A stretch of DNA of 64,000 bases from an uncultured Chloroflexia bacterium (GCA_963766735.1 CAVYBU010000017.1:160001-224000); one strand, 5' to 3'. Counted from the first letter of the stretch, positions 43,333-52,813 are shown. Numbers and translations: made by a program. The notes: generated from the sequence alone by a model not told the origin.

Positions 43333-43456
43333 CGTGGCGCGGCCCCGCCCCGCGACGCGGCCTCCGGCCGCTCCCGCGCTGTGCTGTAATTGCCTTCACG
43401 GCTGACCGCGTATCGCACGGGCGGGCCCCCTGACGGCCCCCCGGATCGGAGGAACC

Positions 43457-44788
43457 ATGGGCACCAGTGAACCTGGCATGACCAGCGAGGAGATCGTCGC
43501 CCTCTCGCGTGCGCACACGCTCTTCTCGTGGTCGGTGCAGGGCGCGCTCGACCCGATCGCCATCGACCATGCCGAGGGTGTCTACCTGTACACGCCCGAG
43601 GGCCGTCGGATCCTCGACTTCAACGCCCAGCTGATGTCGGTCAACATCGGCCATGGCGACAAGCGCGTGATCGATGCGATCAACGCGCAGGCGGCCAAGC
43701 TCCAGTTCGTGCAGCCCGCCTTCGCCACCGAGATCCGTGCCCGCCTCGGCGCCAAGCTTGCCGAGATCATGCCAGGCGATATGAACAAGGTGTTCTTCAC
43801 GCTCGGCGGTGCCGAGGCTGTGGAGAACGCGATCAAGCTCGCCCGCCACTACTCGGGCAAGCACAAGCTCCTCGCCCGGTATCGGTCCTACCACGGTGCG
43901 ACCGCCGGGGCCATGACCCTCACCGGCGACCACCGTCGCTGGGCGAACGAGCCGGGCATCGTGGGCGTCGTCCGCTACCCGGACACGCATCGCTGGGGCG
44001 AGAAGGAGCCGCGGCCTGCCGATGAGGCGCTCAACGGCCTCGAGGACGTCATCAAGTACGAGGGCGCCCAGACGATCGCGGCGATCTTCCTCGAGACGGT
44101 CGTCGGCACCAACGGCATCCTCATCCCGCCCGACGGCTACCTCCAGGGCGTCCGTGACCTGTGCGACAAGTACGGGATCCTCATGGTCGCCGACGAGGTC
44201 ATGGCGGGCTTCGGACGCACGGGCAAGTGGTTCGCCGTGGATCACTGGGGCGTCACCCCGGATCTCATGACGATGGCCAAGGGACTGACCTCGAGCTACC
44301 TGCCGCTGGGCGCGGTCGCGATGCGCGACCACATCGCCGAGGCCATGGAAACCAGGATGTTCTACGGCGGGCTGACCTACAGCAGCCACCCCGTGAGCCT
44401 GGCCGCGGCCCTGGCGACGATCGGGGTCTACGAGGAGGACGATCTCCTTGGCAACGCCGCCCGCCTGGGCGAGGTCATGCGCGGTCACCACCAGGCCCTC
44501 GCGGCCAAGCACCCGAGCGTCGGGGCGCACCGCAACATCGGCCTGTTCGGGATCCTCGATCTCGTCCGCTCCCAGGACCCGTGGACGCCGATCACGCCGT
44601 TCAACGGCACCAGCGACGAGATGAAGGCGATCGGCAAGTTCTTCCGGGACAACGGCCTGTACGCGATGCTCGCCAACAACTCGATCCACACGAACCCGCC
44701 GCTGTGCATCACGGCGGAGCAACTGGCCGAGGGCTTCGCGGTCATCGACAAGGCGCTGGACATCGCTGACCAGGCGGTCACCGGCTGA
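43457..44788 (+). CDS. Class III PLP aminotransferase (beta-alanine/omega-amine type)
   Basis: GAEAVENAIK, SYHG, ADEVMAGFGRTG, MAKGLTS, GGLTYSSHP. Confidence 0.92.
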   Translation: MGTSEPGMTSEEIVALSRAHTLFSWSVQGALDPIAIDHAEGVYLYTPEGRRILDFNAQLMSVNIGHGDKRVIDAINAQAAKLQFVQPAFATEIRARLGAKLAEIMPGDMNKVFFTLGGAEAVENAIKLARHYSGKHKLLARYRSYHGATAGAMTLTGDHRRWANEPGIVGVVRYPDTHRWGEKEPRPADEALNGLEDVIKYEGAQTIAAIFLETVVGTNGILIPPDGYLQGVRDLCDKYGILMVADEVMAGFGRTGKWFAVDHWGVTPDLMTMAKGLTSSYLPLGAVAMRDHIAEAMETRMFYGGLTYSSHPVSLAAALATIGVYEEDDLLGNAARLGEVMRGHHQALAAKHPSVGAHRNIGLFGILDLVRSQDPWTPITPFNGTSDEMKAIGKFFRDNGLYAMLANNSIHTNPPLCITAEQLAEGFAVIDKALDIADQAVTG

Positions 44789-44811
44789 ACGGGCCCCAGG
44801 GGGCGGACACC

Positions 44812-45636
44812 GTGACGTCCGTCGGCGACGCCGTCGCCCCCGCCCCCGTCGTCCGTCTGCGCGGCGTGTCCAAGACGTGGCCCGCCGCCGACGGGTCCCA
44901 GACCGAGGCGCTCTCGGGGGTGGACCTCGACATCGCCCCGGGCGAGTTCGTCTCGCTCATCGGCCCATCCGGCTGCGGCAAGTCCACGCTCCTGCGCGTC
45001 GTCGCGGACCTCGTCCGACCAAGCGATGGCGAGGTGCTGGTCAACGCGAAGCCTCCGGGGCAGGCGCGCCTGGACCACGACTACGGCATGGTCTTCCAGG
45101 CGCCGGTCCTGTTCGACTGGCGCACCGTTGAGGAGAACGTGCGGCTCCCGCTCGAGATCCTCGGGCGCCCGAAGACGTGGAGCGCCGAGCGCACGCGCGC
45201 GATGCTGGAGCTGGTGGAGCTGGAGGGATTTGCGGGCCACCGGCCGTATGAGCTCTCGGGCGGCATGCAGCAGCGCGTGGCGATCGCGCGTGCCCTCTCG
45301 TTCGAGCCCCGGATCCTGCTCATGGACGAACCGTTCGGGGCCCTGGACGAGATGACCCGGGAACGCCTGAACGACGCCGTGCTGCGGATCTGGGGACAGA
45401 CGGGCATCACGGTCCTGTTCGTGACCCACTCGATCCCGGAAGCCGTCTACCTCTCGTCCCGGGTCGTGGTGATGAGCGCACGCCCCGGCCGGATCGCCGG
45501 CAGCGTGGACGTGGACCTCCCGCGACCGCGAACGGACCTGACGCGCGAGTCGGAGCGGTTCTTCGGCCTCGTGACCGCCGTCCGCGAGCTGCTGCGAACC
45601 GGCGACGCGAGCCAGCACCAAGCCGCAACCATTTGA
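44812..45636 (+). CDS. ABC transporter ATP-binding protein (NitT/TauT type)
   Basis: GPSGCGKST, LSGGMQQR, LLMDEPFGALD, VTHSIPEA, SARPGRI. Confidence 0.93.
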   Translation: MTSVGDAVAPAPVVRLRGVSKTWPAADGSQTEALSGVDLDIAPGEFVSLIGPSGCGKSTLLRVVADLVRPSDGEVLVNAKPPGQARLDHDYGMVFQAPVLFDWRTVEENVRLPLEILGRPKTWSAERTRAMLELVELEGFAGHRPYELSGGMQQRVAIARALSFEPRILLMDEPFGALDEMTRERLNDAVLRIWGQTGITVLFVTHSIPEAVYLSSRVVVMSARPGRIAGSVDVDLPRPRTDLTRESERFFGLVTAVRELLRTGDASQHQAATI

Positions 45637-45732
45637 CGGATCGGCCCGTTGGGTCGATGGTTGGCCTCAGTCGACAGCGCCGGGTTTGCATCCAGTCCGT
45701 CCGTTGCGTTCGCGACAGATCGGTTTCACGCG

Positions 45733-46026
45733 ATGTCCCGCAAGTCCTTCCCCCTGCCCGAGGCAACCATCGTTGTCTCCACCGACGGCTACTTCGACGT
45801 CTACCCGCCCGTGCCCCGCACCGATGGCGACAAGCCCGCCTACCGCGGCCGCCTCAACGAGCTGGGCGCCGGCATCCGCGGCGCGGACGACCGCCTCGGC
45901 GTTCGACCGTCGTCCACTGCCCTGGCCGAGGCCGTGATCCTGTGGTCCTCGGTCAACGGCAAGTCCGCCCTGAAGGGCAAGATGGGCGGCGGCCGCGACG
46001 GCAACGAGGCCGAAGTCGAAGCCTGA
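45733..46026 (+). CDS. Hypothetical protein (97 aa)
   Basis: Strong C/G third-position bias and normal composition: MSRKSFPLPEATIVVSTDGYFDVYPP... Confidence 0.6.
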   Translation: MSRKSFPLPEATIVVSTDGYFDVYPPVPRTDGDKPAYRGRLNELGAGIRGADDRLGVRPSSTALAEAVILWSSVNGKSALKGKMGGGRDGNEAEVEA

Positions 46027-46153
46027 CGTCCCAGGCCTGACCCGGGCAGGGTGCCCGCGTCGGCGTGACGGCGCCTCCTCCGCCGGTTGGGCTCGCCCTG
46101 GTTCGATGGCGCCCGGCCGCGACAGAGCCCCGCCCCGCCTGCCGACGCAGCGG

Positions 46154-46570
46154 TCATCGACGTGGTGGCATGGCGCCAATCTGGAGGAGCAGGCCGACCT
46201 GGTCGGCGATGCCCCAGTGTTCGATTACCACGCCGTCCTGGAATCGACAGATGTCGATCACGTCGATCTCGACTGGCTTCCCGGTGGGCGGGTTGCCCAT
46301 CACGGAACCGGTGTTGACGCCCCGGGCGCGGTTGCGTGTCCACACCACGTCCCCCGCGACGGCGATGTCTTCGACGGTGAGGGAGAACTCGGACATCCAG
46401 CGATGCAGCGTCGTCGCGACCTGCACCGCCCCTTCCCGGCCCTGGTTGTTGCCGCGCTGGTGCTCGACGCAATCCGGTGCGAGCAGTTCCTCGATGACCG
46501 CGAGGTCACCCCGGCCGATCCCCGTCTCGATGAGTCGGCGCATGCGAGCGGCATTGTCCTCGATAGCCAT
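46154..46570 (-). CDS. SnoaL-like ester cyclase family protein
   Basis: TVEDIAVAGDVVWTR, PPTGKPVEIDVIDICRFQDGVVIEHWG; GGAGG RBS. Confidence 0.88.
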   Translation of the reverse strand: MAIEDNAARMRRLIETGIGRGDLAVIEELLAPDCVEHQRGNNQGREGAVQVATTLHRWMSEFSLTVEDIAVAGDVVWTRNRARGVNTGSVMGNPPTGKPVEIDVIDICRFQDGVVIEHWGIADQVGLLLQIGAMPPRR

Positions 46571-46588
46571 GTCGGCCTCCTGCATTGG

Positions 46589-46628
46589 ATAGAGCAGAAC
46601 TCTATTGAATAGAGTGATACTCTATTGA
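46589..46628. promoter_or_regulatory. Tandem TetR-type operators
   Basis: ATAGAG-N5-CTCTATTGA twice at a 20-bp period in the AT-rich divergent spacer. Confidence 0.75.
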
Positions 46629-46629
46629 C

Positions 46630-47259
46630 ATGGACGCCGTCAAGCCCCCGACATCGCGGGCGCGGTCCACGCTTCGTGCTGAACGCGCCCAGGCAACACG
46701 CCGCCGGATCGCCGCCGCGGCACGCCGCCTCTTCGCGCGGGACGGGTACGCGGCCACCACGCTCCGCGACGTCGCTACCGAGGCGGGGGTCGCCGTCCAG
46801 ACGGTCTACGCGGTCTACGGCTCCAAGGCGGGGATCATGCGTGCGCTTCGCGACCTCGCCACGGATCAGCCCGAGGCCGGTGCCGCGTTCGCGCAGGCGA
46901 TGCAGCAGCAGACGGCGGGGGAGAGCCTGGCCCTGTTCGCCCGCTCGATCCGGCTGCGCTGGGAGCTCGCCGGTGACATCGTGACGATCCTCGGCGATGC
47001 GGCCACGGCGGACGCGGCCATCCACGAAGAGGTGGAGGTGGCGCTCCGCACGCGCCGGGCTGGGGTAGCCAAGTTCGTGACAGCCATCCACGACCGCTTC
47101 GGCCTGGCGATCGATCCCGAACGGGGGACGGCAATCACGCTCGCGTTGACGATGCCCGAGCTCCATGCCGAGCTCGTTGGCGTCAGCGGCTGGACGGAGG
47201 ACGCGTACGAGGCATGGCTTGCCGTGGCGTTGCGCAGAGAGCTGGCCGCGGGCCGGTAG
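46630..47259 (+). CDS. TetR/AcrR family regulator
   Basis: TRRRIAAAARRLFARDGYAATTLRDVATEAGVAVQTVYAVYGSK. Confidence 0.93.
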   Translation: MDAVKPPTSRARSTLRAERAQATRRRIAAAARRLFARDGYAATTLRDVATEAGVAVQTVYAVYGSKAGIMRALRDLATDQPEAGAAFAQAMQQQTAGESLALFARSIRLRWELAGDIVTILGDAATADAAIHEEVEVALRTRRAGVAKFVTAIHDRFGLAIDPERGTAITLALTMPELHAELVGVSGWTEDAYEAWLAVALRRELAAGR

Positions 47260-47332
47260 GATTGCGGCCGCGCCGCCCGCGAGCCCGCTCCGCAGATCGA
47301 GCTCGTCCCTGATCGGATCACGAAGGAGACCC

Positions 47333-48034
47333 GTGGCCACGATCGACTTCAGCCGTTTCGACGCCCTCACCTTCGACACCTACGGCACGCTCATCGACTG
47401 GGAGCGCGGCATCCTCAACGCCCTCCAGATCGTCCTCGCAGGCGATGACGTGAGCCTGACCGAGGACGAGCTGCTCGAGCTGTACGCCAGGCACGAATCC
47501 GAGGTGGAGCGCGGCGTCTACCGTCCGTACCGCGAGGTGCTGGCGGCCTCCGTGCGTCGCCTGTGTGCGGACATCGGCGTCGATCCCTCCGACGCGGCGG
47601 TCGCGGACTTCTCGGCGTCCGTGCCGCAGTGGCCGGCCTTCCCGGACAGCGCCGACGCGCTCCGACGCCTCAAGGGCCGCTACCGCCTGGGCGTGCTGAC
47701 GAACTGCGACGACGACCTGTTCGCGGGCTCGAACCGCCGCCTGGGCGTCACCTTCGACTGGATCGTCACGGCCCAGCAGGCCCGTGGCTACAAGCCGCGC
47801 CTCCAGAACTTCGAGCTCATGTTCGCGACGGTCGGCGTCCCGCGCGAGCGGATCCTCCACGTGGCCCAGAGCCTGTTCCACGATCACGTGCCGGCCAAGG
47901 CGCTCGGCATGACCACGGTCTGGATCGATCGCCGGCACGACCGGCCAGGCTCAGGGGCCACACCACCGGCGGATGCCACCCCGGACCTCGTCTGCCCCGA
48001 CATGCGGACGTTCGCGGACATCGCGCTAGCCTGA
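47333..48034 (+). CDS. Haloacid dehalogenase type II (HAD superfamily)
   Basis: LTFDTYGTLIDWE, LTNCDD, YKP, LHVAQSLFHDHVPA; AAGGAG RBS. Confidence 0.9.
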   Translation: MATIDFSRFDALTFDTYGTLIDWERGILNALQIVLAGDDVSLTEDELLELYARHESEVERGVYRPYREVLAASVRRLCADIGVDPSDAAVADFSASVPQWPAFPDSADALRRLKGRYRLGVLTNCDDDLFAGSNRRLGVTFDWIVTAQQARGYKPRLQNFELMFATVGVPRERILHVAQSLFHDHVPAKALGMTTVWIDRRHDRPGSGATPPADATPDLVCPDMRTFADIALA

Positions 48035-48060
48035 CGCTCTCGTACAGGAGGAACCCTGCC

Positions 48061-48519
48061 ATGAAGGACACGAAGGATTCGGCCAAGGCGACTGATGGCT
48101 TCACCGCCGAGGAGCGGGAGGCGATGCAGGAGCGCGCCCGGGAGGCCAAGGCCGATGCACGACGCCGCTCGGCGAAGAAGGGTGACGCTGACGGGCTGAC
48201 CGACCTGCTCGCGAAGATCGCCGAGATGCCGGAGCCGGACCGCTCGCTGGCGGAGCGGGTCCACGCAATCGTGATGGCCGCCGCGCCCGATCTCCAGCCG
48301 AAGACCTGGTACGGGATGCCTGCCTACTCCAAGGACGGCAGGAACATCTGCTTCTTCCAGGCTGCCGCGAAGTTCAAGGTCCGGTACGCGACGTTCGGCT
48401 TCCAGCCCGACGCGAAGGTCGACGACGGCTCTATGTGGCCGGTCGCCTACGCCCTGACGGAGCTGGCCGCCGACACGGAGGCAAGGATCACCGACCTCGT
48501 GAAGAAGGCGGTGGGCTGA
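48061..48519 (+). CDS. DUF1801/YdhG-like protein
   Basis: GFTAEEREAMQERARE, KTWYGMPAY, FFQAAAKFKVRYATFGF. Confidence 0.85.
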   Translation: MKDTKDSAKATDGFTAEEREAMQERAREAKADARRRSAKKGDADGLTDLLAKIAEMPEPDRSLAERVHAIVMAAAPDLQPKTWYGMPAYSKDGRNICFFQAAAKFKVRYATFGFQPDAKVDDGSMWPVAYALTELAADTEARITDLVKKAVG

Positions 48520-48578
48520 GCTGGAATGCACTTCCGGTCGGCGGGCGCGACTCCAGCCGCTCGCGCTCCCGCCGGGGA

Positions 48579-50025
48579 TCAGCGGCCGGACGCTGCGCGC
48601 ACGAGGACGCTCGCGACGAGGGGGACGGTGGCCAGGGGCTTGCTGCGTGCCAGTCGCGACGTCGACGAGATCGACCTGGCGGACGCCGTTGACGATGGAG
48701 TCCACGATGATCGCATCGGCGGCGTCAGTCCACTGCGCGTCGATGACCTCGGTCTCGGCCACCTGGACGGGCGATGCTCCGGGCGCCGCGAGGTCGAGAC
48801 CAAAGCCCCAGACCTCGGGATCGTTGGCGACCTGAACCAGCAGCCCGTCTGCACCGGCCTGCACGGCGAGGGTGCCGCTGACGGGCTCGCCGCTCAAGGC
48901 GACGGTGGCCGGCGCGCCAAACGTGCCCGACAGCGACCCGTCGGCGAGGGTGAGCTGCGTGACGGACATCTCGGGGGCCCAGGCGTCTGAGTCCGTCGCG
49001 ACGAGGATTGAGGCCGGCCCGGTCCACCCGATCGCCCAGGGGTTCGTGACCTGGATCGCACTCACGCCCGTCTCGCCCGTGGCCGCGTCGACGACAAGCA
49101 CGGTCCCCCCACAGAGACTCGCGACGCGGGCGGCGTCCGCCGCCCAGGCGACCGGGGCCGTGTACCCGCACAGGTGCTCACGCATGGTCCCGCTCGCGCT
49201 GTCCCACACAACGAGCACGGGTTCGACAAGCCCGCTCTCGGACGGCATCGCGGTCTGGTGAAAGGCGACGAAGCGCCCATCGCTCGAGAAGCGGCCGTCA
49301 AGCGCCTCCTGGAAGTGGCTGTTGTGCGTCAACTGCGTGACCGTCGAGCCGTCGCTGGCGATCGCGTACAGGTCCATGCACTGGGAGTTTCCGCTACCGC
49401 CGCTCCGGCGACCGAGCGTCACGAGGATCCAGTGGCCGTCACGGGACACGTCACTCACGAGGATCGTGTTCATGCTCCCGGTGATGACGGCGATCCTGCG
49501 GAACGCGCCATCCTGCACAGCCCACAGCTCGGCGGGCACCGCTCCGCCATCCGGGGACTGCGTGACGTAGGCACCCCGGATGGCGGGGCCCTGGGCGATC
49601 GTGCCCGCCTCTGTCATCGCGCGCGGCATCACCTCGCCGGTGAGGATCCGTGCGGTCTCCGTCGGGCATGGGCCGTCGGGGCTCGGCAGCGGGATCGGGG
49701 TCTCGAGCGACGCATCGGCATCGCTCCCTGTGGGACTCGGCGTCGCGCCGATGCTCGGCACGACCACGGCCGTGTTCGGGCTCCAGGCCGGTGCCGTCCG
49801 CACGTCGTCGGGTCGCCCGTCGAGGACGCCTCCGGCACCAAGCGCGGCGCCGCCGAGCAGCAGCAGCGCAGCCGCCGCGAGCAGGACGATGGTTCGTCGC
49901 CGGGCGGGATGGCGCGGAGGAGCGCCGTCGGCGACCCGGTGCAGTGCCATGTGCAGCGTCTGCGGGGCGGGGGGCAGGTGGGCATCGCGGAGGTGGGCGC
50001 GCAGGTCGCGCTCCTGATCCGTCAT
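48579..50025 (-). CDS. Putative anti-sigma factor: short cytoplasmic domain, one TM helix, TolB-like beta-propeller; probable frameshift near 48645
   Basis: ERDLRAHL..PPAPQTL, RRRTIVLLAAAALLLLGG, DVSRDG, FSSDGRFVAF; ATGA coupling to the sigma factor. Confidence 0.65.
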
Positions 50026-50585
50026 CGTCGTGTCTCCTCGGACGCATGGGCACGCATCCGTTCCAGCGCGCGGTGCAGCCGCGAGCGGACCGTTCCTCCG
50101 GGGATGCCCAGGCGGTCCGCGACGGACTCGAGCGTGAGATCGGCCCAGTAGTGGAGGACCACGATCGCCTTCTCGTCCGGCGGAAGGGTGGCGAGCGGCG
50201 CGAGGACGGCGTCGCGAGCCAGCACCGAGGCGAAGGGGTCGTCGATCGATGGATCTGCTGACCCCTCGATGGGGATGAACCTGACAACCTTCCGGCGCCG
50301 GAGCTGGTCGCGGCAGCCGTTCACGAGAATCCGGTCGAACCAGGCCCCGAATGCCTCGTCCTCCCGGAGCGAGGCGAGCGAACGCCACGCCGTGGCGAGC
50401 GCGTCCTGCACCGCATCCTCGGCCTCATGGGCGTTGCCGAGGATCAGCCCCGCGATCCGGTACGCACGGTCGAGCCGCGGCTCCGCGAGGCGCAGGAACC
50501 GGTCACGGGGCGCGTCTGCCTGGGTTGGCACGAGCACGTCGGCGGACGCCGGCGGTTGCGGGACGGTGGTCGCTCTTTCGGGCAT
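50022..50585 (-). CDS. ECF RNA polymerase sigma factor
   Basis: AEDAVQDA, AWFDRILVNGCRD, LHYWADLTLESVADRLGIPGGTVRSRLHRAL; start uncertain. Confidence 0.92.
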   Translation of the reverse strand: MPERATTVPQPPASADVLVPTQADAPRDRFLRLAEPRLDRAYRIAGLILGNAHEAEDAVQDALATAWRSLASLREDEAFGAWFDRILVNGCRDQLRRRKVVRFIPIEGSADPSIDDPFASVLARDAVLAPLATLPPDEKAIVVLHYWADLTLESVADRLGIPGGTVRSRLHRALERMRAHASEETRR

Positions 50586-50597
50586 CACAACCATCAT

Positions 50598-50622
50598 GAC
50601 GAGCGGGACGCAGAAACAGTTC
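50598..50622 (-). promoter_or_regulatory. ECF-type promoter in front of the ECF sigma gene
   Basis: Minus strand GAAC-N17-CGTC immediately before the start. Confidence 0.5.
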
Positions 50623-50708
50623 TCGCCAGGGAGACGGCGCGTGCCCGCGGTGACGCCCCAGTCGAGCCGGGTCATCACCACACGGGCGCGATCGGGCTCG
50701 GCCACGCC

Positions 50709-51848
50709 TCAGCCGCCGAGGAGGTGCACCTCGACGCCGTCGGTCGGCAGCTCGGACCACCAGTGGGCGAACCGGCCCTGGAAGATGACGGGCTCACGCC
50801 CGGCCACGAACGCACGCAGGCTCCTCGCCTCGGTCTCGAGCCCTGCCAAGGCGTTGTCGTCAAGCGCGCGGAACGCGGTGACCTCGATGCCGGCGTCGGT
50901 CGGGCGCCACACGCCCGCCACGTGGCCATCGACGAGGATTGTCGGTAGCACGTCGCCGTTCCTGCGCATGACCAGCGATCGGAACGCGGGCGGGATGATC
51001 CGGCTTCGATCCGCGTAGGCGAGCAGCGTGCTGTCCCACATCGGCAGGAGGCGTGGGGGCGCGGGCATGTCCTCGGGCGGCAGCGGGCCACCGGGGACGT
51101 CGTAGAGGCGCTCGCCGTTCGGCCCGTCGTAGTGCACGAGCGCGTCACCGAGGGCTGTCAGGGCGGCCTGCACGGGCGGTCGATAGATCGTTCCGAACTG
51201 CGCGATGTCCCGCAGGGACGCCGGCCCGAAGCCCTCGAGGTACCGGACGACGAGTGCCCGCGTCGAAGCGGCTACATCGCGCGGACGTGCCTGGTCGATG
51301 GCGCCCACATATGACGGCTTCGACCCGAACGACCATGGGCCGCCGGTCGCGGCATGGACAAACGGCCCGCACTGCCGAAGCGCCCACCACACGCGCGGCT
51401 TCGGGGTTCCGAAGCGCGCTTCGAGCCATGCCTCGACCTCGCGGTTGACCCGGGGCGAGGACGTGAACTCGAGCAAGTCCGGGACGAGCGCATCCGTGTC
51501 GGGGATCGAGACGCCCTCGTTCTCGAACCGCCGATCGTGGAGCCGCGCGGCACGCAGGGTGTGCTGCATCGCCTCGTGGAAGGGCGGGTAGTCGCCCGCC
51601 GTCACGGCGTGCAGCGTGATCCGCATCAGCTGGGCCTTGACGATCGCCTGGCTGGCGAACGCGACGTCCAGCTCCGCGGGGTCGAAGCCGTCTACCCGAT
51701 TCCAGAGCGCCACGTACGGCGAGGCCGGCTCCTGCGCCTGGAGCGCGACGACGCGCCGAACGGCTTCGACGACGTCGACCGCCTCGCGCCGCAGCAGCAG
51801 CTGCCGGGCGAGGGTTGCCCGGTTGAGCTGACGGGCGGTGAGGCGCAT
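50709..51848 (-). CDS. AlkZ-like DNA glycosylase (HTH_42 family)
   Basis: LNRATLARQLLL, LQAQEP (QxQ), LMRITLH, RYLEGFGPAS, RLLPMWDS, LVDGHVAGVW. Confidence 0.88.
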   Translation of the reverse strand: MRLTARQLNRATLARQLLLRREAVDVVEAVRRVVALQAQEPASPYVALWNRVDGFDPAELDVAFASQAIVKAQLMRITLHAVTAGDYPPFHEAMQHTLRAARLHDRRFENEGVSIPDTDALVPDLLEFTSSPRVNREVEAWLEARFGTPKPRVWWALRQCGPFVHAATGGPWSFGSKPSYVGAIDQARPRDVAASTRALVVRYLEGFGPASLRDIAQFGTIYRPPVQAALTALGDALVHYDGPNGERLYDVPGGPLPPEDMPAPPRLLPMWDSTLLAYADRSRIIPPAFRSLVMRRNGDVLPTILVDGHVAGVWRPTDAGIEVTAFRALDDNALAGLETEARSLRAFVAGREPVIFQGRFAHWWSELPTDGVEVHLLGG

Positions 51849-51921
51849 CGAAGCATGCTACCGGCGGGGCTGCAGGTGGCCAACCGGGTTCGGCGCGTTG
51901 CCCGCCGCCCTGCTTCGCCCG

Positions 51922-52170
51922 ATGGACTCCGACGCCGGACCCAGAGCCGTCCCGGGACCGAGCGCGTCGCGCTGGGCCGCATCCGACCCGGACGATCGCT
52001 CGTCGCCCCGGCCGCGCAGGCTCGTCATTCGGCCCGCGCTCGAACCCGACACACCCGGGATCGCGGCGCTGCTCGCGTCGCGCGAGGGGATCGCCGACGA
52101 GGAGGCCCTGGGCCACGCCAGGCGTGACGTGGCCGATGCCGACACCAGCCGCCCGCCAGTGGTGGTGCTC
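51922..52170 (+). pseudogene. Possible truncated GNAT N-terminal remnant
   Basis: LVIRPALEPDTPGIAALL resembles a GNAT first strand and helix; the frame then runs into the convergent upp gene. Confidence 0.35.
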
Positions 52171-52813
52171 AGTCGGTGTGGCCGGTCCCGAACTGGCGAT
52201 CGCCCGCGTCACCCAGGCCGGGAAGGATGTAGCCCTTCTCGTTGAGCTGGCGATCCAGGGCCGCCGTGTAGATGTCGACCTCGGGGTGCGCCCGGCTGAC
52301 CGCCTCGACGCCCTCCGGTGCCGCGATCAGGTTGACGAGCTTGATCCGGACCGCGCCCCACTTCTTGAGGACCTCGATCGCCGCCGTGGCCGAGCCGCCG
52401 GTCGCGAGCATCGGGTCCAGGATCAGGCACAGGTCCACGTTCGCGCTGTCGGGGAGCTTGTTGTAGTACTCGACGGGGCGGAGCGTCTTCTCGTCGCGGA
52501 ACAGGCCCAGGTGCCAGACCTGTGCCGTGGGCATCAGCTCCAGCGTGGCGTCCACCATGCCCAGGCCGGCGCGCAGGATCGGGATCAGGCCGATGCGGTC
52601 CGCCAGCTCTTCGGCCGGCATCAGCTCCATCGGGGTCCGGATCTCGATCGGCTGGGTGTGGGCGTCCGCGAGGGCCTCGTAGCCGAGGAGCCACGAGAGC
52701 TCGCGGACGACCTCGCGGAACTTCTTGGGCTCGGTGGCCTCGTCGCGCAGGATGCCGAGCTTGTGGCGCACGGCCGGGTGCTGGGAGACATGGAGGTTGG
52801 GCCAGGTTGCCAC
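52169..52813 (-). CDS. upp: Uracil phosphoribosyltransferase
   Basis: HPAVRHKLGILRD, IPILRAG, LDPMLATGGS, GYILPGLGDAGDRQFGT. Confidence 0.96.
   Translation of the reverse strand: MATWPNLHVSQHPAVRHKLGILRDEATEPKKFREVVRELSWLLGYEALADAHTQPIEIRTPMELMPAEELADRIGLIPILRAGLGMVDATLELMPTAQVWHLGLFRDEKTLRPVEYYNKLPDSANVDLCLILDPMLATGGSATAAIEVLKKWGAVRIKLVNLIAAPEGVEAVSRAHPEVDIYTAALDRQLNEKGYILPGLGDAGDRQFGTGHTD

Noticed and set aside
42299-43433. Protein-coding ORFs within the nitrilase-aminotransferase intergenic region
   Set aside because: Low-complexity translations, no codon bias, no RBS; only the part from 42619 downward is the nitrilase N-terminus
47884-50388. 834-aa ORF overlapping DUF1801 and the sigma factor
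   Set aside because: Explained by the anti-sigma gene starting at 50025 plus read-through after a probable frameshift near 48645
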